A stretch of DNA of 45,566 nucleotides, taken from positions 1 through 45,566 of the IMG/VR virus record IMGVR_UViG_3300017647_000300, one strand, 5' to 3'. The stretch is from a virus (Duplodnaviria; Caudoviricetes). Below are positions 26,361-34,634 of this stretch, in pieces. Every line of letters begins with the position of its first letter. Positions within the stretch are counted from its first letter, which is position 1. The position numbers and the translations under genes are program-made. Under the pieces are notes generated by a model. The model saw nothing but the letters and a program-made list of their open reading frames with translations, was not told the DNA's origin and ran no database searches.

Positions 26361-26540
26361 ATGGACGGAATTTACACGGTCACCGGAACGATCACGATGC
26401 GCGTCGGCGCAGAGGACCTTGACAGCGCCAGGCAGGCCCTGACCCAGCGCGCGACCGAGCTACAGGACCTGTCGCCCGGCAACATCATTATCTCGGTCGA
26501 TGCGGATGATGTGGCGATCGAGGCCGTGTCCGGCGCATAA
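26361..26540 (+). CDS. 59-aa hypothetical protein
   Basis: AGGAGG RBS before MDGIYTV. Confidence 0.65.
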   Translation: MDGIYTVTGTITMRVGAEDLDSARQALTQRATELQDLSPGNIIISVDADDVAIEAVSGA

Positions 26541-26546
26541 GCAAAG

Positions 26547-26572
26547 GCCCGGCAGCCCGAAAGCTGCCGGGC
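26547..26572. terminator. GC-rich hairpin ending the lysis operon
   Basis: GCCCGGCAGC-ccgaaa-GCTGCCGGGC; no clear U-tail on the + strand. Confidence 0.55.
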
Positions 26573-26708
26573 AAGTAGAGGGAAGATCGCTCTCCCTTCG
26601 GGTCGCGCGACTCTTATAAACTATCGGTGGTATGTCAGGCATCCCCTGAATTGAGGATGCGCAGGCAGATACCGGTCGGGCTGCCATTATCCTGAGATGC
26701 CGTGGACG

Positions 26709-26744
26709 AAAAAAGAAAGGGGCCTCTCCATATGGAAAGGCCCC
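26709..26744 (-). terminator. intrinsic terminator of the OMP moron
   Basis: GGGGCC(T/C)TTCCA-TA-TGGAGAGGCCCC-type stem followed by TTTCTTTTTT on the minus strand. Confidence 0.8.
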
Positions 26745-26790
26745 AAGGTCAATTCATGAAATCTGCTGAGTTAAGCAGCAATCGCGGTAT

Positions 26791-27357
26791 TTAGAAGTTG
26801 AAACCAACCGCAGCAAGAACATTGTGACGGCTGATGTCGCTTTCATAGTTGGAATAGCGATATTCGATCTTGCCGAACAGGTTCTGGCCGAAGTTGTGCT
26901 TGTAGCCAGCGCCGAGACGCAGGCCGTCGCCGTTTTCGCCATAGGAGAAATTGTCGATGCCGGTCGCGCCGTCATCATAGGTCAGGCGCAGGCGCGCATT
27001 GGTGTAGCCTGCGAGAACGTACAGCTGGCTGGCGTCGGACAGGTTGGCGCCAGCGCGCGCGACAATGGACAGATCGCGACCGGTGCGGAGGCAAGCCTTG
27101 TCGCCGACGACATCGATATTGCGGACGCAATATTTGGTCGAGCTGTCGTCAACGCTGCCTTCGACGCCGACGAACGTGTTCGCCCCGACCGGTACGTCAT
27201 AACCGATAGCGGCGCCGTAAGCGAAACCTTCCTTGGATTCATCGAGAGCAGACACGGCGTCCAGACCACCCTGCACCTGAATGTAACCGCCAGCATGCGC
27301 AACGGCAGGCACAGCAAAAACAGACGCGGCGAGAACGGAAAGAGCAATCTTTTTCAT
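26791..27357 (-). CDS. outer-membrane beta-barrel protein (8-stranded, porin/OmpA-barrel-like) moron
   Basis: Signal peptide MKKIAL...AHA, alternating beta strands, KIEYRYSNY, C-terminal Phe. Confidence 0.9.
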   Translation of the reverse strand: MKKIALSVLAASVFAVPAVAHAGGYIQVQGGLDAVSALDESKEGFAYGAAIGYDVPVGANTFVGVEGSVDDSSTKYCVRNIDVVGDKACLRTGRDLSIVARAGANLSDASQLYVLAGYTNARLRLTYDDGATGIDNFSYGENGDGLRLGAGYKHNFGQNLFGKIEYRYSNYESDISRHNVLAAVGFNF

Positions 27358-27524
27358 AATTTCCTCATGTTTAACTTGGGTCGATCTGGTTATTATTTGG
27401 CAACCCGGCGCGGGGTTAATTCAACCGTTCCGAGGCTGTCAATTTTAGAGGTAATATTGTCTCATTAAATTATGATCATGTGATATTTTTAACACAATTC
27501 TAACGAGTGTAGATTTGGGTGTGC

Positions 27525-28211
27525 TCAGCCCGGCAACAAATGCTCGATCACCGCGTCTAGCAATTCCTCCCGTTCCGCCGCCGTCATCCCCAGCAGCTCG
27601 CGCCGGTCATAGCGCACCTCGCGGGCATGGCGGGCCGGGCGGTCGCGCAGGCCGAATTGATGAATGCGCGCCACGCGCGCGACCGCGCCGCCGAAACCGA
27701 CCCATGCCTCCAGATCGCTGGCCCCGGCGTTGAGTATCCCCGACCGCCTGATCTTGCGGAACATTGCCCGCTGTCGGATCGTCGTCCGGTTGCGGATCCG
27801 GCCCGCGCCGCTGTTCTCGTCCTTGGGGTCGACGCGCAGATATTTGATGACCTTCGCATATTCGAAGCTGCGCATGCCGCCCGCCTCGCGGTCATAGCCG
27901 GTGAAGATCGGGCCTTGCTTCTCCCAGCTTTTCAGGAAGACGAGGCGTGGCGCGCCGCTGCCGCCGGACGGGTAGAGAAATTTCAGCGCATGGTTGCCGG
28001 GCTTCGGCTCGGTCGGCCGGCGGCGTTTGGCGAAGGCGCTGCCGTCCGGGTTGCGCTGGGCGGCGATGCGCTGCTGGTTGGACCGGCGCATGGTCTTTGC
28101 CACCTTGCGCAACAGGCCGCGCCGCGCCGCCGGGGCCAGCGATTTGAGCATGCCACCGACGAAGGCTTCCAGCTCGTGCAGATCGCCGCCGTCTACCTCC
28201 GCCATCGTCAA
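27525..28211 (-). CDS. tail completion protein gpS with an internal insertion
   Basis: RIAAQRNPDGSAF...ARIHQFG...RELLG. Confidence 0.9.
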   Translation of the reverse strand: MTMAEVDGGDLHELEAFVGGMLKSLAPAARRGLLRKVAKTMRRSNQQRIAAQRNPDGSAFAKRRRPTEPKPGNHALKFLYPSGGSGAPRLVFLKSWEKQGPIFTGYDREAGGMRSFEYAKVIKYLRVDPKDENSGAGRIRNRTTIRQRAMFRKIRRSGILNAGASDLEAWVGFGGAVARVARIHQFGLRDRPARHAREVRYDRRELLGMTAAEREELLDAVIEHLLPG

Positions 28212-28711
28212 TCGTCCGGGTAGCCGACGATGAACTGTTCCACGCCGTCCGCCTTGCCCCAGATCTGGCGGAGGATGGCCAGCGGATCGGTGAGCGGTTC
28301 GAGGCCCGGCATGGGCGGCTGCTCGCGCACGGTCATTTCATAGCCGCCGCCGGGGTGCGGCAGCACATTGACGGCCTCGGCAAGCGGAAGCTGGATTTCG
28401 ATATCCACCGCCTGATTGTCGACCGGATCGACGGCGAAGCGGATTTTCTCGACGCCGTCCTGATGGTTGAGCAGCAATTCGGGCTGGTTGGCGCGCATCC
28501 ACAGGAGGAGCGGCAGGAATATCTGCCCCGGCGCATAGCAGCAGTTCAGCAGCACGATGTTGAGCGTGTAGCGCAGTTCATAGCCGAGATTTTCCGTCAT
28601 GCGCGCGGCGACCGTGCCGCCGGTCACATGGATGGACAGCGCCTCGGCGGAGCGGGCCAGTTCCGGCAGGGCGGCGGTGAGGTGGGCGCGGATGCTGTCG
28701 GGGAATCGCAT
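28208..28711 (-). CDS. tail completion protein gpR
   Basis: SIRAHLTAALPEL...YELRYTLNI...LLWMRANQPELL. Confidence 0.9.
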   Translation of the reverse strand: MRFPDSIRAHLTAALPELARSAEALSIHVTGGTVAARMTENLGYELRYTLNIVLLNCCYAPGQIFLPLLLWMRANQPELLLNHQDGVEKIRFAVDPVDNQAVDIEIQLPLAEAVNVLPHPGGGYEMTVREQPPMPGLEPLTDPLAILRQIWGKADGVEQFIVGYPDD

Positions 28712-28715
28712 GGGG

Positions 28716-28940
28716 TCAATCCCAAAGCTGGATGATCTGGCGCGCTGGCGTGACGGGCGCGGTGACGATCGGCAGGGTGATGATTTGCCCCTCGGTCAGC
28801 AGCGCGCCCTGTTCGGCGAGATCGCGGTTGAGGTCGAGCGCCTGTTCGACGATGCCGCCGGTCTGGCCCAGCACGCGCCAGCACAGCGCGTCCAGCGTTT
28901 CGCCTTGCAGGGCGGTGGCGGTGAAGGTGGTGGTCATCAA
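28716..28940 (-). CDS. tail protein gpX
   Basis: ALQGETLDALCWR...IQLWD. Confidence 0.93.
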   Translation of the reverse strand: MMTTTFTATALQGETLDALCWRVLGQTGGIVEQALDLNRDLAEQGALLTEGQIITLPIVTAPVTPARQIIQLWD

Positions 28941-29140
28941 TACCGCATGAAATCGCTGAGTTCGGCGAAAGCCTGATCGAGGTTTTCTCCCCGTAAGGTA
29001 AAGCTCCGTCCGTTGCGCATGGTGACGACAAGCTTATCCCCCAGCCAACGCCGCCTCACCAGTTGCCAATGGGAAATTTGGCTCCGAACGATGCCGAATA
29101 CCGGATCGCCGTTCGCCCTGAAATCGACAGCATTGTGCAT
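28937..29140 (-). CDS. 67-aa hypothetical protein inserted between L and X
   Basis: AAAGGAA RBS; stop overlaps the X start. Confidence 0.6.
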   Translation of the reverse strand: MHNAVDFRANGDPVFGIVRSQISHWQLVRRRWLGDKLVVTMRNGRSFTLRGENLDQAFAELSDFMRY

Positions 29141-29151
29141 GGGGGTTCCTT

Positions 29152-29628
29152 TCAGATCAGTTCGACAGCAGTGCGGCCCGCGCCCTTGATCGCGCGGATC
29201 GCGTGGAGGGCGTTGCGGCGATGATCCTCCGCCCGCTGGTCGAGTTCATTGCCCGCGGATTGCCCGCTGCCGGTCGCGGTCACGTCGCGGTGGGTTTCGA
29301 CCAGATCGGCGGTCGCATGGGCATAGACCGCCCGCTGCCACAGGCGGACGATCTGGCGGACGCCGCCCAGCTCCGGCGAGGGCACGGCGGCGAGGGTGAC
29401 GAAGCCCGCGCTTTCCTGCGCGGCGCGCCATGCGGAAAGGTCGCCGTCCACGGTCAGCACCGCGCCGATGATCGCGTCTTTCACGCGATCGTCAGGAATC
29501 AGCGTGCCGCCGATACGCTGGGAATCGCGGAAATGGTTGACGTCGATGTCCGGCCAGAAAGGCCCGCATGCGACCGTGACGCCGGGCGGCGTGGCGGCGG
29601 GCGCGGGGGAGGAAATGAAGCCGGACAA
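29152..29628 (-). CDS. head completion protein gpL
   Basis: FWPDID...RAVY...RDVTATGSG...TAVELI; TTG start after AGGAGG. Confidence 0.9.
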   Translation of the reverse strand: MSGFISSPAPAATPPGVTVACGPFWPDIDVNHFRDSQRIGGTLIPDDRVKDAIIGAVLTVDGDLSAWRAAQESAGFVTLAAVPSPELGGVRQIVRLWQRAVYAHATADLVETHRDVTATGSGQSAGNELDQRAEDHRRNALHAIRAIKGAGRTAVELI

Positions 29629-29728
29629 AGGGTCCTCCTGAAAAAAGTGGGGGGTGGGGATCAGGATCTTGGGTTCGGGCAGGCCCGGCCTCGATCCTTC
29701 ACCGCCCCCCGGCGCCGGTGGGCGAGCC

Positions 29729-30676
29729 TTATTCCTGTTCGTCTTCGTCCGTTTCGGACTGGTCGTCATCCGCATGGGCATGCTTGTTCAGCCAGGCGGT
29801 GACGCGCTCGATTTCCTTGATGACCCCGATCTTGCGATCCAGTTCCAGCGCGCGCTTCAGGTGGGTGAGCGCGGCGGCGCGGGCGGCGCGGGGCGCACCG
29901 GCGGCGGCGGTTTCGGGATTGTCGTCGGCCTTGGCCGCGATGCGCAGGAAATGCAGGCCCAGCGCCTTTTGCAGCTTGGCTTTGACGATGTCCGGCATGT
30001 CGTGGCCGCCGGTCAGTTCCTCCGCGCGCTGGAGCGTCCCAATCTCGAAATCACGGTCGACCTTCTCCGCGCGGATGGCGGCTTCTGCGATTTCCTCGGC
30101 GATCAGCGTCGCGGGCGACCGCTGGAACCGTTCCGGCAGGCGCAGGCCGAAGCGCAGCACATGGGCGGCGATGTCGAGGCCGCGCGCGAAATGGCCGATG
30201 TCGAAGCGCCAGATCATGATGTTGACCAGCAGTTCATCCTGCACCGCCGTGCCGCTTTCCTCGGCGGCGTCGAGGGTGGCATCGACATGGGCGGTATAGG
30301 CGTCGATCATCTGGCGCTTGGCCTCGATCTTCCCCTCGGTGGACTGGATATCCTTCAGGCGGCGCAGATCCTCGCCGAAGCTGGCCATCAGCAATTCATA
30401 TTCGCTGGCCTCGGCGCCAGTGTCGGCGCGGTCCGGCGCGATGGCGGCGGCGGAGCCGTGCTGGATGGCGAGGCGGGCGAGCGCGCCTTGCTTGAAATCA
30501 GCGGCGGGGCTGAATGTTAAGCGGACGGCGGGACCGGATGATTCCGCGAAATTGGGATCATAGGAAGCCATCTGTTGCTGCGCCGGGACTGGTTCCGGTT
30601 TGGCTTGCCGGATCTCTTCAGCGGCAAGGCGGGCCAGTGTGTCGCGCTTGTGGCGGGCGGCGGGGCTGAGGGGCAT
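29729..30676 (-). CDS. terminase small (endonuclease) subunit gpM
   Basis: SPAARH, DLRRLKDIQSTEGK, MIWRFDIG, DMPDIVKAKLQK. Confidence 0.92.
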   Translation of the reverse strand: MPLSPAARHKRDTLARLAAEEIRQAKPEPVPAQQQMASYDPNFAESSGPAVRLTFSPAADFKQGALARLAIQHGSAAAIAPDRADTGAEASEYELLMASFGEDLRRLKDIQSTEGKIEAKRQMIDAYTAHVDATLDAAEESGTAVQDELLVNIMIWRFDIGHFARGLDIAAHVLRFGLRLPERFQRSPATLIAEEIAEAAIRAEKVDRDFEIGTLQRAEELTGGHDMPDIVKAKLQKALGLHFLRIAAKADDNPETAAAGAPRAARAAALTHLKRALELDRKIGVIKEIERVTAWLNKHAHADDDQSETDEDEQE

Positions 30677-30760
30677 GAGCGGATCCTTTTCGCTGGGAAT
30701 GGGGTGGAGAGGCTGGCGGTCCTCTCCACCCTGCCTGACATCGGAGGTCAGGCCCGGATA

Positions 30761-31777
30761 TCAGGCGACGTATTCGATATTCTCGACCAGACAGGCGAAA
30801 TCGTAATCCTCGATCTCGTAGGCGTCGTTCGAGGACTGGTAATCCTCGACCCGGTTTTTCTTCGGGTTGTCGATGATCGTGCGACGGCGCTTGCCCTCCT
30901 GTTCGTAGATCGACAGGTTCGCGTGCATGGAGATGAACACCTTGCCGGTCGGGAAGGAATAGGGCCGTTCGGCGGGCAGGCCACCCAGACGCTTGGTTGC
31001 CATGATCGTGTCCCGCGCCAGCTGTTCGGACGGGTCGCGCTCTTCGTTGATGAGCGGGAAATATTTGTCCTTCAGCAGGTCGCGTGAGACGAACGCGGTC
31101 AACTGGATCTCATCCTGCGCCCATTCGGGCAGCAGTTCCTGCACCGCGTCCCAGACCAGCGCGTCGAGCGTCGCATAATGACCTCCGGGGCCGTAAGTCA
31201 CCTTGCCGGTGCCCGACGCGCTTTCGGTCATAACCTGCGCCGGGCGCGCCTCGCGCAGCTTCTGAAGCCAGCCCTTGTTGACGTCCTGAAGCTTCGGATT
31301 GGTGGTCCGGTTCGTAGTGGCCGCCGCAGAGGTACCGTTAAAGCCGATCATGACATGGGCGCGGCGCTGCGATGCGACAATGAGCCGGGCGATGCGCTCT
31401 TCGAAATCGGGGAATTTCGCCCACTGATCCAGCTTTCCATAGGACAGATGGGTGTCGTAATCCGTCTGGAAAAGCTGGTACTGGTGTGCCGAAAGGCTGG
31501 ACGGATCGGTGGTCTGGCGTTCGCCCGCGCCGCTGGTGTCGGTGCGGCTCGCGATCGGCAGGCCGATGTCGAGGCCGAGCGTTTCGCCCAGCAATTCCGG
31601 CACCTGCCGCACATTGATGCGTCCGAGGAAGCTGGTCGGGTCTTCCTGCTTCATGTCGATCAGCACCTGCTGGACGGAAGGGGACACCGTGAACTGCTGC
31701 GTCGCGGAGGCCACGCCGTTGATTTCGGCGATATTCTCCTGATAGTCGTTGAAAAGCAGGCGGGTTTCGTTGCGCAT
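30761..31777 (-). CDS. major capsid protein gpN
   Basis: MRNETRLLF...IGFNGTS...LQDVNKGWLQK...NLSIY. Confidence 0.96.
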   Translation of the reverse strand: MRNETRLLFNDYQENIAEINGVASATQQFTVSPSVQQVLIDMKQEDPTSFLGRINVRQVPELLGETLGLDIGLPIASRTDTSGAGERQTTDPSSLSAHQYQLFQTDYDTHLSYGKLDQWAKFPDFEERIARLIVASQRRAHVMIGFNGTSAAATTNRTTNPKLQDVNKGWLQKLREARPAQVMTESASGTGKVTYGPGGHYATLDALVWDAVQELLPEWAQDEIQLTAFVSRDLLKDKYFPLINEERDPSEQLARDTIMATKRLGGLPAERPYSFPTGKVFISMHANLSIYEQEGKRRRTIIDNPKKNRVEDYQSSNDAYEIEDYDFACLVENIEYVA

Positions 31778-31821
31778 TTTAGGCTCCGATGAAGAGAGGG
31801 CGAGCGGCGGGGAAGGAAGGA

Positions 31822-32679
31822 TCAGCAGCGGGCGCGGACGCGATCGCCGCCGCCGGTCGCGGTCGGGCGGGCCGTGTAGCCATTGCGCGGGGTCTTTTCG
31901 ATCAGGCCGCGCAGTTCTTCCACATCGCTCGACAGCTTGCCCATGCGGGCCTCCTGTTTGGCGTTCGACGCGGTGAAGGCCTGCGCCAGCTTGTCGAGGC
32001 CCTCCGACATGGCGGTGGCGAGATGGGCGAACTGGTCGGGCTTTTGCACGGAGCTGCCCTGCGTCGGCGGGGAGCCGGGTTGCTGCACCGCCGGGGCTGG
32101 TTCCTGTTTCGGCGACAGCATGCTGTCGAAGAATTTCTTCATCGACGCAAAGGCACCAGCTTCGGTGGAGATATCGGCCGCATCGTCGAATTCGATGAAG
32201 ATGCCTTCGTCGTCCACGCCCAGCAGATGATCCTTGCGCTTGTCGTCGCGCGCCGAGAATTTCAGTACTTCGGTAGCGAGGCTCGCCGGGCTGTCGGTGA
32301 CCGCCATGCCGACCAGATAGGCCTTGTTGGTGTTGGCGGAATTGGGGTGGATTTCGACCGAGGGGAAAATCTTCTGATCCGCCCTGGTCAGTTCCTTCGC
32401 CTGGTCGTTCACCTCGAAGCTGGCGAACAGCGCGAGCTTCTTTTCCTGTTTCCCGGCCATGTTGACGGTGACTTCCTCCGCCTTCACCTCGGCGACGGAG
32501 CCATAAGCATTGAACGGGGGCGCGGGCGAATAGCCGCGCAAATGCTCGCAATTGATGCGTGCAGTATAGGTGGCCGGGTCATAGCTGTCGGCCATCTGCT
32601 GGATATGCGCGCGCTCGATCGTGCGGCCGTCAATGGTCGGACCTTCGACGGCGACGCGGAAAAACTTGGTTCGTGCCAT
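31822..32679 (-). CDS. capsid scaffolding protease gpO
   Basis: KFFRVAVEGPTIDGR...YTARINCEH...AVTDSPASL. Confidence 0.95.
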   Translation of the reverse strand: MARTKFFRVAVEGPTIDGRTIERAHIQQMADSYDPATYTARINCEHLRGYSPAPPFNAYGSVAEVKAEEVTVNMAGKQEKKLALFASFEVNDQAKELTRADQKIFPSVEIHPNSANTNKAYLVGMAVTDSPASLATEVLKFSARDDKRKDHLLGVDDEGIFIEFDDAADISTEAGAFASMKKFFDSMLSPKQEPAPAVQQPGSPPTQGSSVQKPDQFAHLATAMSEGLDKLAQAFTASNAKQEARMGKLSSDVEELRGLIEKTPRNGYTARPTATGGGDRVRARC

Positions 32680-32757
32680 GGCGGCGGCTCCTCAGGGGCT
32701 GGTTGAGCGTGTGAGGGCCATTGAGCCGTGGAAGGGCCGTACCGTCCACGCGGTCCC

Positions 32758-32780
32758 TTTGTGGTGCGGGGCACGACAAA
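32758..32780. promoter_or_regulatory. late-promoter palindrome (putative Ogr site) between divergent O and P
   Basis: Reverse complement reads TTTGTCGTG-CCCCG-CACCACAAA. Confidence 0.75.
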
Positions 32781-32828
32781 CGCGCGAAAAGGAAGAGGAT
32801 CGCGCGCGCGCGCAGGATGCGCGGCGTC

Positions 32829-34634
32829 ATGACCGTTACCGTCCCGCCGCCCATCCCGTTCGACAGCCGCAGGGTGGCGCGCGCCTATTATTGGCGCGGC
32901 TATGGCGTGACCGAAATCGCCGCGGAACTGGGCCTCAAGGTCGCCACCGTGCAGTCGTGGAAGGAACGGGACGGGTGGGCCGACGATCCGCTGATCCGCC
33001 GGGTCGAAGATAATTTAGAGATGCGGCTCAACCAGCTTATCTGGAAGGAGCAGAAAACCGGATCGGATTTCAAGGAAATCGACCTGCTGGGCCGCCAGAT
33101 CGAGCGGCTTGCCCGCGTCCGGCGCTATGAACAGCCGGGCGGGCATGAGGGCGATCTCAACCCCAATGTGGCGAACCGCAATGCCGGGCCGAAAAAGGCA
33201 CCACGCAAGAACCTGATTACGGTCGAGGAAGTGGCGAAGCTGAAGGCCGCCATGCTGGACCTCGCCTTCGGCTATCAGGAGACGTGGTGGCACAATGTCT
33301 CGCGCAAGACGCGCTTCCTGCTCAAATCCCGCCAGATCGGCGCGACTTTCTGGTTTGCGCTGGAGGCGTTGGTGCGCGGCCTCGAAACCGGCAACAACCA
33401 GATCTTCATTTCGGCGAGTCGGGCGCAGGCCAATAATTTCCGCGCCTATATTGTCGATTTCGTCTTCAAGGTTCTGGAAAAGGATCTGAAGGGCGAACAT
33501 CTGGTCATCCAGCGCGGTGAGGATGAGCAGGGCAACAAGCTCGATCCCTTCACCATGTATTTCCTCGGCACCAATTACCGCACGGCGCAAAGCTATCATG
33601 GCGACGTCTATGTGGACGAAGTGTTCTGGATCTACGGTTTCGACCAGATTGACACCGTTGCTTCTGCCATGGCGGCGCAGAAATTCTATCGCATTACCTA
33701 TTTTTCTACGCCCTCGACCATCAACCACGAAGCTTATAAAAAATGGTCGGGCGAATGGTTTAATGCGGGCCGGTCCAAGGGCGAACGGGTCAAGATCGAC
33801 ACCAGCCACAAAGCGCTGAAGGACGGGGCGCTGGGCGCCGACCGGATCTGGCGTCATTTCGTCACGATCAAGGATGCCGAGGCGCAGGGATGCGACCTGT
33901 TCGACCTTGAGGATCTGCAATTTCGCTATTCCGTCGAGCAGTTCGCCAACCTGTTCATGTGCGAGTTCATCGATGACAGCCAGAGCAGTTTTCCCATGTC
34001 CCTCATCCGGCCCGCCATGGTCGACAGCTGGGATGTCTGGAAGGACTATCAACCCTATGCCTTCCGGCCCTATGCGGGCGAAGTCTGGATAGGATACGAC
34101 CCGGCGGAGAGCGAGGACGGCGACAATGCGAGCTGCGTCATCGTGGCGCCGCCGACCGGGCCAAAGGGCAAGTTCCGCGTCCTCGAAAAGCTGCAATGGC
34201 GCGGCAAGGATTTCGAGGCGCAGGCCGCCGAAATCAGGCGGCTGACCCAGAAATACCGGGTGACGGAAATCGCGATCGACGGCACAGGCATGGGCACCGC
34301 CGTGCACCAGCTCGTGAAGAAGTTCTTCCCGCTCGCCCGGCGCCTCGATTATTCGCCGCTGGTCAAGACCCAGATGGTGCTGAAGGCGAAGAACGTGTTC
34401 GCCAATGGCCGGATCGAGTTCGACGCGGGCTGGACGGACCTTGCCGCCGCGCTGATGTCGATCCACCCCCAGCTTACCAAGGGTCAGAAGCAACTCACCT
34501 ATGTCGCGCGGCGCAGCGCCGAAACTGGCCATGGCGACATGGCATGGGCGCTCCTGCACGCCCTCTATTGCGAACCGCTGGACGCCACCGACGGCACCGG
34601 CCCCCAGAAATCCAAAGTGGAGATCAACCGATGA
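32829..34634 (+). CDS. terminase large (ATPase) subunit gpP
   Basis: KEIDLLGRQ, LKSRQIGAT, YVDE, IGYDP, GHGDMAWA. Confidence 0.96.
   Translation: MTVTVPPPIPFDSRRVARAYYWRGYGVTEIAAELGLKVATVQSWKERDGWADDPLIRRVEDNLEMRLNQLIWKEQKTGSDFKEIDLLGRQIERLARVRRYEQPGGHEGDLNPNVANRNAGPKKAPRKNLITVEEVAKLKAAMLDLAFGYQETWWHNVSRKTRFLLKSRQIGATFWFALEALVRGLETGNNQIFISASRAQANNFRAYIVDFVFKVLEKDLKGEHLVIQRGEDEQGNKLDPFTMYFLGTNYRTAQSYHGDVYVDEVFWIYGFDQIDTVASAMAAQKFYRITYFSTPSTINHEAYKKWSGEWFNAGRSKGERVKIDTSHKALKDGALGADRIWRHFVTIKDAEAQGCDLFDLEDLQFRYSVEQFANLFMCEFIDDSQSSFPMSLIRPAMVDSWDVWKDYQPYAFRPYAGEVWIGYDPAESEDGDNASCVIVAPPTGPKGKFRVLEKLQWRGKDFEAQAAEIRRLTQKYRVTEIAIDGTGMGTAVHQLVKKFFPLARRLDYSPLVKTQMVLKAKNVFANGRIEFDAGWTDLAAALMSIHPQLTKGQKQLTYVARRSAETGHGDMAWALLHALYCEPLDATDGTGPQKSKVEINR

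Noticed and set aside
20278-26600. Invertase-driven tail-fibre or lysis-cassette inversion
   Set aside because: No invertase in the prophage and no flanking inverted recombination sites seen; the rearrangement looks fixed.
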